Positions 21,575-33,310 of a stretch of 64,000 bases of DNA are shown one piece after another. Position numbers and translations under genes: made by a program. The stretch is from the human T2T-CHM13v2.0 reference genome, Homo sapiens. Position 1 is the stretch's first letter. Each line of letters opens with the position of its first letter. The notes below the pieces were generated by a model, which did not search any database, had not been told where the DNA came from, and saw nothing but the letters and a program-made list of their open reading frames with translations. The stretch lies in assembly GCF_009914755.1 (NCBI RefSeq), contig NC_060926.1. The stretch is one strand, 5' to 3'.

Positions 21575-24445
21575 AAAAATGGGTTCCATTGTCTGAGTCA
21601 ATGTTTTCTATTAGCCTAAACCTGGGCACTATATTTTCAATTAAGGCCATAACTACATTATTGGCCATCACATTTGAAAAGGGAATAGCTTTGACCCAGT
21701 GAGTAAGGTGATCTACTGTCACTAGTAAATATTTTAGATGACCTATTGGAGGCATCTCTGTGTAATCAATCAGGATACTTTAAGTCTGGACTCCTTCTCC
21801 CAAGGGGTAATCTTTTTATAGTTTGTTTATTAGTTTTCTTACATACTAAGCAACTGTCTGTAACCTGTTTGGCCAGAGTATAAATTCCTATACACCCCAA
21901 AACTTTCAGAACTGTGTCACACATGGCTTGGGACCCCCAGTGGTTCCCTTGATGCAGCTGGGACAAGTTTTCCCTCATAAAGGGTTTGAACAACATTTCC
22001 CTCTGGTCTGACAATATTCATTTTTATTCTGAATCCTCTTTAGCACCTATTTTTATTAGTTTCTCTTTTCAGTGGAAGAGAAAATGGAGATTATGGTAGG
22101 AGGAGGAAGGTAAAGAGTTCAGTGAAAAATAGATGTTTTAAAAGAAATGGCAGCCTGTTTGCCTATGTAATCTGCTAGGCTATTTCCCAGACTATCAAAA
22201 GAAAGACTTTTCTGGTGTCTGGGGACATGGACAATCATTATTTCTTCTGGCAACTGAAGGTTATTCAATACTTAGGTGATTAGATCCTTATGAACAAGAT
22301 CTTGACGTTTAGTATTAATGAGACCTCGTTCAGTCCAAATTTTTCCAAATGTACGAGCCACTCCAAAGGTGTACTTAGAATTGGTATGATGGCTACTTCC
22401 TGGTTCTGCAAGTACTTTAAGGCTCAGCTGAGTGCAAACAGCTCACAAGTTTGGGCAGACCAATTCTTAGGCAATTTTCCTGCCTCAATTTCTTCAAGAG
22501 TTTCCCTATCAATTAGTGAATACCCATTGCATCTTTTTGCCTCAATCACCTGGGAGGAACCATCTATAAATAAGTGTCGTCCCATCCTGAAGGGAGTTTC
22601 TCCTAAGTCTGGTCAGACCTTTGTATGGTAATCAGTTAAATCTAAACATGTGTGCTATCTCTTTAGACTTGGATCCCCTATTAGGAAAACTGCTGGGTTA
22701 AGGGAATTATCAGTGGTTAATGTTAAATCATCTTTTTCTAACAGAATAGTCTCATACTTTAAGATTCTTGAGTCAGTAAGCCACCTCCCTGCTTTCTGGT
22801 TTAAGATAGTTCTAACTTGATGGGGCGTTATTACTGTCAATTTTCCTCCAAAGGTTAACTTCCTGCTTTCTTTGACCATTAGTGCTGTAGTCACAATGGA
22901 TTGGATGTATTGAGGCCACTCACAAGTAACTGGATCTAAGACTTTTGACAGGAAGGCCACCATGGGCTGCCGATGGCCTCCGTGTTCTTAAGTGAGCACT
23001 CCTAAAGCTACCCCATTATCCACATTGACAAAAAGGTGGAATGGCTTTTCCAGGGAAGGTAAGGCTAAGACAGGGGCTGTTATAAGCCTTTTTTTCAGCT
23101 CTTCAACCTGATCGACTTCCTCAGAAGTCCACAGGAAATGGTCAGTATTCCCCTGGGCAAGTTTTGGATATAGAATTTTACTGTTTAGTGCATGTGAGTT
23201 AATCCATAAGCAGCAGTATCCAACTAATCCTAAAAATTTCCTGAGTTCTTGTTTAAGTTTGAGGCAAGGGTAGGGACACGATTCCCTCAACTCATTCAGG
23301 CCCTATTCTTCACTTCTCTGCACTTATCAAGTGGTCTAAATATTTAATTTCAGGTTCTACATACTGAAGCTTTCCCTTTGAGACTCATAACCCCTCGAAC
23401 TGCAGATGGTTGAGAATATGTGTAGAGAAGCCAGCTACCTTCTCTATATCTTCACCAGATATAAGAATATCATCAACGTATTGGAGCAGGCATATTTGTT
23501 TGGGATGATAACTTTTTCTAATACTTGTTCTAAAATTTGACTGAAAAGGTTAGGGGAGTTTGGGAACCCTTGGTGTAAGACTATCCATTGATATTGTTGT
23601 TTCTACCCTGAATGGGGATCCACCCACTCAAAAGCAAATATATCTGGCCTATCTTCAGCCAGGAGACATACCCAAAAAGCATCCTTCAAATCTATTACAG
23701 TAAACCATTGATTATTATATGGAATCTTGCTGAGAATGGTGTAAGGATTGAGGACAATGGGGTGGGTAGTTTGGACTATTTGGTTAATAGCCCTAAGGTC
23801 CTGTACCAGCCGATATGACCCATCTAATTTCTTGGCTGGCAATATTGGGCTGTTATAAGGGGACATAGAGGGCCCAAGAAGCCCATCTTTAATAAGACCT
23901 TCAATTATAGGTTTCAACCCTATCCTGCCCTCTAGGGGAATGGGGTATTGTTTCCTCCTTACTACTTCCCTGGGGTTTTTTAGCTTGATGTGCTTAGAGG
24001 GACTCAGAGTTTCCCTCAGTTTCCTTCTTTGGATCAGACATTAGGATTAATATATTTTTCATCTGCAGTGGTAAGTAGCTTTAATGAGGTGAGGAATCCT
24101 CTTGGGCTGAGTCGCAGGCCTATGCCTAACTTCAACATTAAATCCCTGCCTAGTAAATTAGTCCCTGCTTTAGGGATTAACAAAAACTGAATATGAGCTG
24201 ATTGAGCCTGGTATCTGACTTCTGTGTTTTCTAAAATTTTTGCTTTAAATCCTTCTCCCTTTACCCCACAAACCAAAAGTTCCTCTGAAGAGCAGGCAAT
24301 ATTAGATGGGGGGGAAACAAACAGAGGATCGAGCCACTCCTGAATTGACTAAAAAGATTATAAACTCATGCTTAGGTCTCACTTCTAGACTTATCAAGGG
24401 CTCCTGGTGGGACTCAAGATAAAAGAGACAGAACCCCTGACACCA
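21575..24445 (-). pseudogene. ERV pro-pol remnant (protease, RT, RNase H, truncated integrase)
   Basis: NLLGRD, YRLVQDLRAIN, TVIDLKDAF, LLQYVDD (~23470), FIDGSS, the integrase HHCC region, and IDSDNGTHF where homology ends. Confidence 0.88.
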
Positions 24446-26510
24446 TTATTCTTCCTCAAAAGCCATGAGTGGAAGGGCTTCTTTTTCCTTTTCTAATTTG
24501 GGACATTCTCTCTTGAAGTGGCCTGTTCTTCCACATTTGTAGTGCCTACCTTGCCCTTCCCCACTCTCAGTTCTGGGATTCTTTGATTTTACTCCCCCAT
24601 GCTATTTAGATGGCCTGGTAGACGAGAGCCTTGATCTTCCCAGTGGAGGCTTGGGTCCTTTAAAGGAGGGTTTGGAACCTTTATAGTTTCTGGCCCACTG
24701 GAAGCTTTGTTTAGGGGTACATGGGTTTGGAGCCATCTGTTGGAAGGTGAATAACATAAGTTTTGTCTTTTGTTTTTGCTTTTCTTCGTCTCTCTTCACA
24801 GATACTTTTTGAGTCTCTCTGAGGTTCACTTGAGGTCATTTCACTTGAGGTTCACTTCTCACTGAAGTTCACTTGAGGTCAGTTTTCCCAATCTTCTAAT
24901 TTTTGTAACTTTTTTGAAATATCTGGACAATGTTGGCCAGGTGCAGTGGCTCATGCCTGTAATCCCAGCACTTTGAGAGGCCGAGGTGGGTGGATCACGA
25001 GGTCAGGAGACTGAGACCATCCTGGTTAACACGGAGAAACCCCATCTCTACTAAAAATACAAAAAATTTGCTGGGCGTGGTGGTGGGCACCTGTAGTTCC
25101 AGCTACTCGGGAGGCTAAGGCAGGAGAATGGAGTTAACCTGGGAGGCGGAGCTTGCAGTGAATCAAGATCGCACCATTGCACTCCAGCCTGTGTGACAGA
25201 GAGAGACTCCATCTCAAAAAAATAAAAAGAAATATCTGGACAACTTTTAGTGACAAAATGGAGCTTTAACATTCCCTGTCCCAGGGGATTTTCCAAATTT
25301 AGGCCTGCATATTTTCTCATTTGCTCCTTTAGTCTGTCTAAAAATTTCATAGTCCACTCATCTCTCTCCTGTTGTTGTATATCAAATGCTTTAGAGAGAT
25401 TTTGAGTTTGGGGTACTGATTCCCTAGTTTCTTTCATTATCATTTCCCTTATGTCTTGCATGTTTTCTTGGTGAGCTGCATTATTATTATCCCACCGGGG
25501 ATCTTGGGCAGGGAATTTTTGGTCCGTGGTAGGAACGTTTTGACAAGGAGGGTGTTCATATTCCCAAATTGCCATAGCAGCCCTACGGATCAGATCATGC
25601 TTCTTTCCTCCTCCGAAAAAAGGATGCCTAGGATGGACATAAACTCGACCAAAGTGTATAACTGAGGTCCCAAGAATTGATCAACCTGATCTGCCACCTC
25701 ATAAGTGTCGTCTAACGATGGCTTAATTTCCTTTTTCAAACTTCAGACTTCTGAACTGGTCAAGGGAGCATTCACAAATACAATGGCTCCTCCTCCTTGT
25801 GACATGTCTTTTAAGGGGAAGAGAGCTGGGGCTGACTCCTTAGGTGTGGAGGGAAAAGGGAAGTTCTGAACGTCCTTTTTACATTGCTGTACCTCATGCT
25901 GGAGTCCCTTTAGGGAGAGGTATTTAGGCTGACAGGGGACAGGCTCATGGGATGATGACATCCAAGAATTAGAGTTGTAAGGAGGAGTAACAGCGTGAGC
26001 AGGAGAAGGATCTGGGGTGGGATCTGGGGTGGCAGCAGCTGCCCGAGGGGAAGGGTCAGAGGCACTGAGCAGGGCAAAATGGTATAGGGGATCCCATGTG
26101 CTGGCTTTAGGTGTGGGAGTCAGCTCGTCTGACTTTTCAATTTGAGATACTGGATCGGGTTCTTCCCTAGTTGTCTTTATGGGAATAAAGACAGGTCCCT
26201 GTCTCCAACAAAGAGCATAGTCTAGTTCTTCTTGAGAAACCAGATTTTTATCATTAACATATTGAATTAGAAGTTGACATATTACATCCTCAATCGACCC
26301 AAACTTTGGCCAGAAGATTGAGGGTTTGAAAATGGGACCTTGGGTCCAAATGAAACAGCAATATTTTATCCTCTAATGCTTTTTCTTATGTTTAGTCCTC
26401 TCATTATTCTTCCAATATTTTAACATGAGACCCAGGGGACTATCAGGGGGCATGTCTTTGTTACTATCCTCTTCTTTTTTGCTCCCTATCTTACTTGGGG
26501 CTTTTCCCAT
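24446..26510 (-). pseudogene. ERV gag remnant
   Basis: Starts MGKAPSK...PPDSPLGLMLKYW; degenerate zinc knuckle HYKCGRTGHFKRECPK near 24500-24545; stops, frameshifts and an Alu insertion. Confidence 0.85.
24935..25228 (+). mobile_element. AluY-like element inserted in ERV gag
   Basis: TSD gaaatatctggacaa at 24916-24930 and 25229-25243. Confidence 0.92.
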
Positions 26511-27147
26511 GTTAGGTCCTGGTTAGGCTCAATCCCGCATGCTAGAGATTTCTTCCCTATCCTTTATCGCCACCTGCTGGAGGCTCCTTGCATCCTTCTT
26601 TCGCTTCATCCACTCTGGCTGCTTCCCTCCCAGGAATTTTAGGTCCCTCTTAGCATTGGCATCATGGTATAAACTCCACAGCAAGATCTGCCCTGAGCCC
26701 TATGAGGATACAGTAAATTCCTCTTCAAAGGTTTTTATTCAAATAAAAAACCGCAGATAGGACCCACTCACTCCTCACAGCAATAATGCTTAGTATCATC
26801 CACACAAACAGCACCACAAGCAGTAGTGCTTGTGATCATTCACACACACTTTCAACCTCCAGAATATCCCGACCACCAAGGAAATACTTTGTCACCCCTG
26901 CGACATTTCTTACCTCGGTCTGTGCACAGTTACCTGGTCGCCACGGTATGTGAAGATCCTTTCCCCAAAGTTGCTGGCCTGTTTCTTTCCACGTTGCTGA
27001 GAGCCCGGGTTTATTAATCGCACCAGTTGAGTCTTGATTCCTTACCTTTATGGCCACTGCAACGAGGCAGCGGGGTGCGCCTCCTCAAGGGAGAGGACTG
27101 GACCCTCCCCTAGAGGAGAATGGGAATGCTGGGTGGGCCCTTAAATT

Positions 27148-27744
27148 TGTGGAAAATAAATTTTCAGCGCCGCAAAGAACCGTCAGCACTCCAGCAACAA
27201 GTTTTTACAGCAAGGCAAATTTACTTCTATGGAAGAGTGGTCTTGCAGATGGAGCAATGGCAAGATCACACCGGACAAGGGAGGGGAAAGTGTTCTTATT
27301 TCTAACGCAGCTAGTCCCTACTGTTGTGTCTTTTCCCTATTGGATAGGGTTGGACTGCACACTCTAAGCCAATTCAGATTGGCTATTTAAAGAGGGCAGG
27401 GGTATGAGCTGGAGTGGCAGGGTGAGTAGTTTCAGCGGGAAAGACAGTTACAGAGCAGGTGTCTAAGGATGACTAAGGACAGAGCAGGTTACTAAGAATG
27501 ACTAAAGACAAAGCAGGTGTTAGAGGCTAGAAGGGGGTTGTTTAATGAAACTAGGGGCAAGGAGGCATAACGAACGAGGAAGTTAAACTTTAAAACGGAG
27601 AACAAAGAACAGAGAAGCTGAACATACTGACATATTTGTTCTTTGATGAGGAACTCAGAACTCATTGTACTTAATCTTCCCCCTCTTGAATTTTAAAGGA
27701 TGTTTACAGGCTAAAATCTTTGAAGAGGAATTCACTGTATCCTA
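27148..27744 (-). mobile_element. 5' LTR (LTR10 family)
   Basis: Homologous to 19041-19647; adjacent to the PBS; CCAAT boxes, TATA-like ataagaa and AGTAAA polyA-signal variant at 27220-27225. Confidence 0.9.
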
Positions 27745-27839
27745 TTCATCAGGTGTTCTTTCCACCAAGCTTTCAGCCGTGTCAGGTGTTCTTTCCGCCA
27801 AGGGTGCAGCCTCATCAGGTGTTCCTTCAGATGTTCCTT
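27742..27839 (-). CDS. ANKRD30BL: Terminal coding exon 7, 5' part ([32 protein letters not shown]); stop codon formed by the LTR end
   Basis: ggcag| acceptor; ANKRD30-type 11-aa repeats; TAG at 27744-27742 is the first LTR sequence. Exons 1-4, 6 and 7 sum to 777 nt = 258 aa plus stop. Confidence 0.9.
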
Positions 27840-27961
27840 CTGCCAAACACAGAGTCTGGTTAAATTTTCCTTCGCTAAATATCATCCTTCTGACTCTTTA
27901 CCTGGAAAACTTCTACTCATTCAGCTTGCTTTCCTTAAATACTACCAAACTTTTGTTTTCT

Positions 27962-27963
<2 letters not shown>

Positions 27964-27999
<36 letters not shown>

Positions 28000-28283
28000 A
28001 GACAAGAGCCTCGCTCTGTTGCCCAGGCTGGAGTGCAGTGGCACGATCTCAGCAGATCACTGCAACCTCCGCCTCCTAGGTTCATGAAATTCTCCTACCT
28101 CAGCCTCCCATGTAGCTGGTATTACATATGCATGCCACCCAGGCCCAGCTAATTTTTTGTATTTAGTAGAGATGGGATTTCACCATGTTAGTCAGGGTGG
28201 TCCCAAACTCCTGTGCTCAAGCAATCCGCCCGCTTTGGCCTTCCAAAGTGCTAGGATTACAGGAGTGAGCCACCGCTCCTGGA
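27964..28283 (-). mobile_element. Alu in intron 6
   Basis: Long polyT; TSD actaccaaactttt at ~27941 and ~28285. Confidence 0.9.
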
Positions 28284-29285
28284 CACTACCAAACTTTTTA
28301 AAGCTTTAATTCTTCACGTTGGATATAAAATGTCTGACACATACTGAATATGGTAATGACATAATAAGTGATAATTATAAGCTCCCAAAGGGGTTCTCGC
28401 ACAGAGTAAGCACTAAATAAAGTAGTAAATAATAAAAAAGATGATAATAACAAGAAAAATGCTAAGTACCTTAATAAACTAGTAAATAATAAAAAATGAC
28501 AATGATAATAGCAAGAAAGATGCTTAGTACCTTAATGATACCTGACAGTTATTTGTTAAGTGGACAAGTGGATAAACAAATAGAAAACATAGTTAGGAAA
28601 TTCTGTTGGAAAAATGAAGAAATTCAATAGAGACAGCTCTATTGTATTATGAGCACCTTAAAGACCCAGACTATGTGTATTCCATGTTGGTCTCCTGCAA
28701 CTTGCAAAATCTAACTTATAGAAGTCCTTTGATAAATATGTAATAAATTAAAGATGTGCTCATACAGTTCATATTGTACAATGTATTGTGTCACATTTAG
28801 GTATCACAGTAGCACTTTTGTTATTGTGAAAATTTTTTCCACTTTTATTATAATTCGTTGAGCCTAGAGTTGAGCTAGTTTTATATTTATAATGATAATA
28901 TTTTGGCTAGTAGGAACAGAGTAACTTGTTGTAACAAAATTACTATCAACACACTAATTATTCAGCAGATAGAACAACACATCTTGTTCTAATGAAGTAA
29001 ACATATCTTATTTGGTTTCAACTTAGAGGGAATGAAGTTGATAATAGTGAGACCTTGTTGGTACAAGACTATGTAACATAACCTGTACTTCTCAACAAAG
29101 AATTGCTTTTCTGACTTCTGCACTCAGTAGGTATCTTTGAAAAATAATCTCCTACTGGTACTGATGCACCCTCACTAAGTTATGTTAATTCTTATTGACA
29201 TTCATTTAGGGTGCAAGAAAAGTATTATTGAGATCCAAATTCTAAAGATAGTTACTTTTTTAGTGACAAAAGTCACTATGCCACA

Positions 29286-29731
29286 CAGTTGATCTTTGAA
29301 TAAGGGTTTTCACTCTAGGAGCCCACTAATAGACAGATTTTTCTTTTCCTTTGCCACTGCAAGATACTAAGACAAATCTCACCTCTGCCTCCTCCTTATC
29401 AGCCTACTCAACATAAAGGCAATGAGAATGAAGTCCTTTATGTATAATAATTCACTTCCATCTAATAAATAGTGAATATATTTCTTCCTCTTTATAAGTT
29501 TCTTTTCTCCAGCTCACTTTATTCTAAGAATACAGTATATAGTACATATAAAATAGAAACTATGGGTTAATTGACTGCTTATGCTTTCAACTTTTTTCAG
29601 GCTCCAGGTCAACAGTAGAATGTTAGTAGAGTTTTGGAGGAGTCAAAAGAAACAGATTTTCCTATAAAGCAGATTTTCAGCTGCATGGGGGGATCAGCAC
29701 CCTAACTCTCATGTTGCTCAATACTCGACTG
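29286..29731. mobile_element. Tigger2a/MER28-like DNA transposon
   Basis: cagttga...tcgactg TIR remnants and typical internal sequence. Confidence 0.7.
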
Positions 29732-30526
29732 TAATTAATTCTAATTTTCTGAATGCAAATCATTTATTACAAAAATTAAATAAAGCCCAGAAGTTCAAGA
29801 CCAGCCTGGGCAACATAAGGAGACCATGTCTCTACAATAAAGAAACAAACAAATAAATAATTTATTTGTTAAATTAACAAATAAACATTTTATATGTTTA
29901 TGTTTAATAAACAAACAAATATTTGTTTATTTAACAGTTTATTTAACTGTGTTTCTTTATAGGTTATAATATTCAAATGTTGCAGTTTTCTGTTATTAAT
30001 TCCTACTTTTCATTATTAGATGTTCTATTATTTGTGGCTTGTAATTCAAGGCACCTAAGCTATTTTATAATTTGTAATAAAATTTATTTATAAATATATT
30101 AATTCATTAAATTGGATAAGCTGATAATCCCCTATTACTGAGCTCATCAATCACACCAAGGATTATACATTTTATAACAAGCATAAATTTTTATGACAGT
30201 TGAGGAAACATAAAATAGATAAACTTAAAAATTGTTTTACTTATTTATACAAAAGTATTATATAGGATATTAGGGACCACAATTAAACAAACATTTTTTC
30301 AGATAATATTTTTGAGATTATAAACTACCTACAACTAAATTCTTAATGAATTCTGAATTATAAACTAAAAAATTAAATCAAAGCTTTGTATATAAAAAAA
30401 CACATATAGGTCTATATGTAAACACATGCTACTTACACATTGCTTTTCTAATAGCTCTTTTGTGATTAACACTCCTATAATCTTATGGTAGCACCACCAA
30501 GAGTAGTTTACTATCAGAGGTCTTAC

Positions 30527-30591
30527 CTGGATTACTATTTTGAGAATTTTTAGATATCTTTTGTTTATATTCCAAAAGTTGTTGATGAACG
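30527..30591 (-). CDS. ANKRD30BL: Coding exon 6 (VHQQLLEYKQKISKNSQNSNP)
   Basis: catag| acceptor and |gtaaga donor; 65 nt; in frame with exon 4 or exon 5. Confidence 0.9.
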
Positions 30592-31860
30592 CTATGTATA
30601 AAAATGAAATAAATAAAATCACTATTTTAACATTGATATAAAAAATATTTACCAAATTTATTACATTCTTAGGGTATTTCAGACAATATTAGAGCTAACA
30701 TCAGAACATTACTTTTTCCATAGACTTTAAGTTTGTAAGCTCTATGAACTTATTAAGCTTCTAATTAAAGAAGAAAGAAAGATAAAACACTCATGAAGTG
30801 AGGGCAGTATAACTCAGTAAATTAACTAGAGGTAGCTTGACATGTGGAAAATGTCCTTAACTCGGAATAAGTCCTAGCATGGCTACCAACAGGTATTTTT
30901 TCTTGAACAAGTTGCTTCTCTTAGACTCAATGTCTTCTAAAAATGAGGATTTTAGGGCCTTATTTCACTAGGTTATTATAAAGATTTAACAAGATAACAT
31001 TTTAAAAATGCTTAAAATAAAAAATGAAGCAAAAAAAATTTGTTCTTGAACCTTATTGCTGAAACAATTTAAAATTCCCAATAAAACCCAATATATTGGC
31101 CTGGTGCAGTGGCTCATGCTTGTGAGGCAAGCACTTTTGGATGCTGAGACAGGAGGATTGCTTGAATCCAGAAGTTCAAGACCAGCCTGGGCAACATAGG
31201 GAGACCATGTCTCAACAAAAATTAAATTACAAAAAAAAAAACAAAAAAAATGTTTTTCTTCATAGGTTATAATATTCAAATATTGCAATTTTCTGTTATT
31301 AATTCCTACTTTTGGACATTAGATGTTCTATTCTTTGTGGCTTGTAATTCAGAGCATCTAAGCTATTTTATATTTTGTAATGAAACATATTTATAAATAT
31401 ATTAAATCATTAAATCAGATAACCAAATTATACTCTATTACTGAGCTCATCAGTCACACCAAGGGCAGAAAACTAATAGATGTCAGCATCTGGCTTGGAC
31501 TACTACTAGTCTTTATCTACCTCCTTAAACTCTGAACCAACAAATCTTTGTTAGAATGATGCTTAGTCACTATGTTCATTTCCAGCTGCTGTGGAAGACA
31601 AAACCCTACCTTTATTTTTTGTAAGTTCCACAAAGAAGATGCAAGTTGGTATTTTCTCATTTCTGAGATCCCTACTAACAAAATATTGCACACAAGATCC
31701 TATGTGTTACCACATCTCATTTCATAGATGACCTTACGTAAATAATTTTTTGTATGAAAATCACAATTGCAATACTGGGTGTCACCCATTTTGCTTTGAC
31801 TCACACCATTTCCTTGGAGCTAGTTAGAAAGTAGTAAAATGTCCTTTTGGGGACTCCAAG

Positions 31861-31965
31861 AAATATGCAACACCTTACAGATTTCTATGTCATCTTTGTG
31901 CGGGGACCATGCTGATCTTCTCAACGTTGTTTTAATTTTACTATATGTACCACTGAAGCCAGCAC
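31861..31965 (-). pseudogene. U6 snRNA pseudogene in intron 5
   Basis: Reverse complement gtgctggcttcagtggtacatatagtaaaatt...gagaagatcagcatggtccccgcacaaagatgac...catattt aligns to full-length U6 with many substitutions; ACAGAGA box damaged. Confidence 0.9.
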
Positions 31966-33172
31966 AAATCCTTACTTTTATACGTGAAGACTGATCAGTG
32001 ATGGATGAGGCTTAGCTCTGTTAAATCTAACCAACTTACTTGAGATTTAGTGAAGTCTATTGAATGGCTTCATGGTGATGCAGCATTTGAAAATATTTTA
32101 GAAACTCGAGGTAGAGATGTAAGTAGCATGGGAGATTTTTACTTTTAGGAAAAAAGAATCACTTGAGGGGACAACCACAAGTTGGAACCCACTACAACTT
32201 GGGAAAGATGACATGGGATTTTACAGAATGAGACCGTCCACTGCCTACAAAATGGTGCTACACAGGATATAAAGGGCCAGGGATATAGATCTGGTAACAA
32301 AGACAAAATGGATCTCTAATTTCTTCCTGTAACATTATTTCAACCTGACTTACAGTTTCAAACGACCACAACTAATATTGGCTAGAGAAAATAGAAAAAA
32401 GCCACTCAAAGGATAACTTACCATGAAGGTCTAGGCCATGTCCAGGCTAAGATGTGGGTTTCACATCAGGTTTTGAGTGTGAGGAGAAGAGTCAATTTGC
32501 TCACTATGTGTGTGGCTAAAGCTAAAAGTTCTAGCTGCCAGAGTGGGGTGCTGGTACTTTGGAAACAATGGCTGAGAATATGTACGTGAACTTTAAAAAC
32601 ATGCAGTAACTTCGAAGTCTACACCATGAAGACTGAAGAACCTGTGTTAGTAAGGGCTTCCTGGTCACAAAGGCCAATCATTACCAGACTGCAGGAGCAG
32701 TTTCAATGGCAACGATGCAGCAATAGAATCAATGGAAACAACAAAATGAAGAGAATGGCCATTTCTGCCCCCACCGCCAATCCTTCTGACTTGTACAAAA
32801 GGAATGTCTTCCTTGGACTTAGGTTCAGATTCTTTTAAAAAATTCAAGAATGAAGGTATGGAAGACAGCCCCCTGGGGACATTATCAGGTTTTCTGCTTA
32901 AAGTGGACTTTTCGAGACCCAAATAACTAATTAGAAAAACCAAAATTGTGACATTATATTTATCCCATGCATAGGGGTTATACTTCAAATCAAGTAGACA
33001 ACATTAGCGTCCCTAAAGCCCTAAAATAAAGAATCCTGGAGCCATTAATCCTTCTAACTAGTCAGCTTTTTGCCTAGTTTCTGGCTGATGAAGTGAACTA
33101 ACTCACTGTCATTCAAAAACTACCTGAAACAAACTATAAAATCTCACCTAGCCTTTAAATGTAAACACTTAG

Positions 33173-33310
33173 AGATTAAATCCACAAGCAACAGCATAAC
33201 GTTCTGCAATCATTCCACATGTAGCTTCAGCACAGATGTCAACATTTTGCTGAAGAAGCTTGCCAACTATCTCTGATGATCCATGACATATGGCAAGCAT
33301 GAGGGCTGTG
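33173..33310 (-). pseudogene. ANKRD30BL: Ancestral exon 5 (TALMLAICHGSSEIVGKLLQQNVDICAEATCGMIAERYAVACGFN) with a dead splice donor; predicted to be skipped
   Basis: 138 nt open frame with an intact ttttag acceptor, but the donor reads ctaagt instead of gtaagt. Confidence 0.85.

Larger units (their letters stand above)
19041..27744 (-). mobile_element. Class I endogenous retrovirus, HERV-I/HERV-IP type with LTR10-like LTRs; defective provirus
   Basis: Two ~600-bp LTRs, degenerate tRNA-Pro-like PBS (~27125-27143), PPT aaagagggaat at 19648-19658, gag-pro-pol-env remnants, and 4-bp TSD ttca (19037-19040 / 27745-27748). Confidence 0.92.

Noticed and set aside
31861-31965. Functional U6 gene
   Set aside because: Heavily substituted, including the ACAGAGA box.
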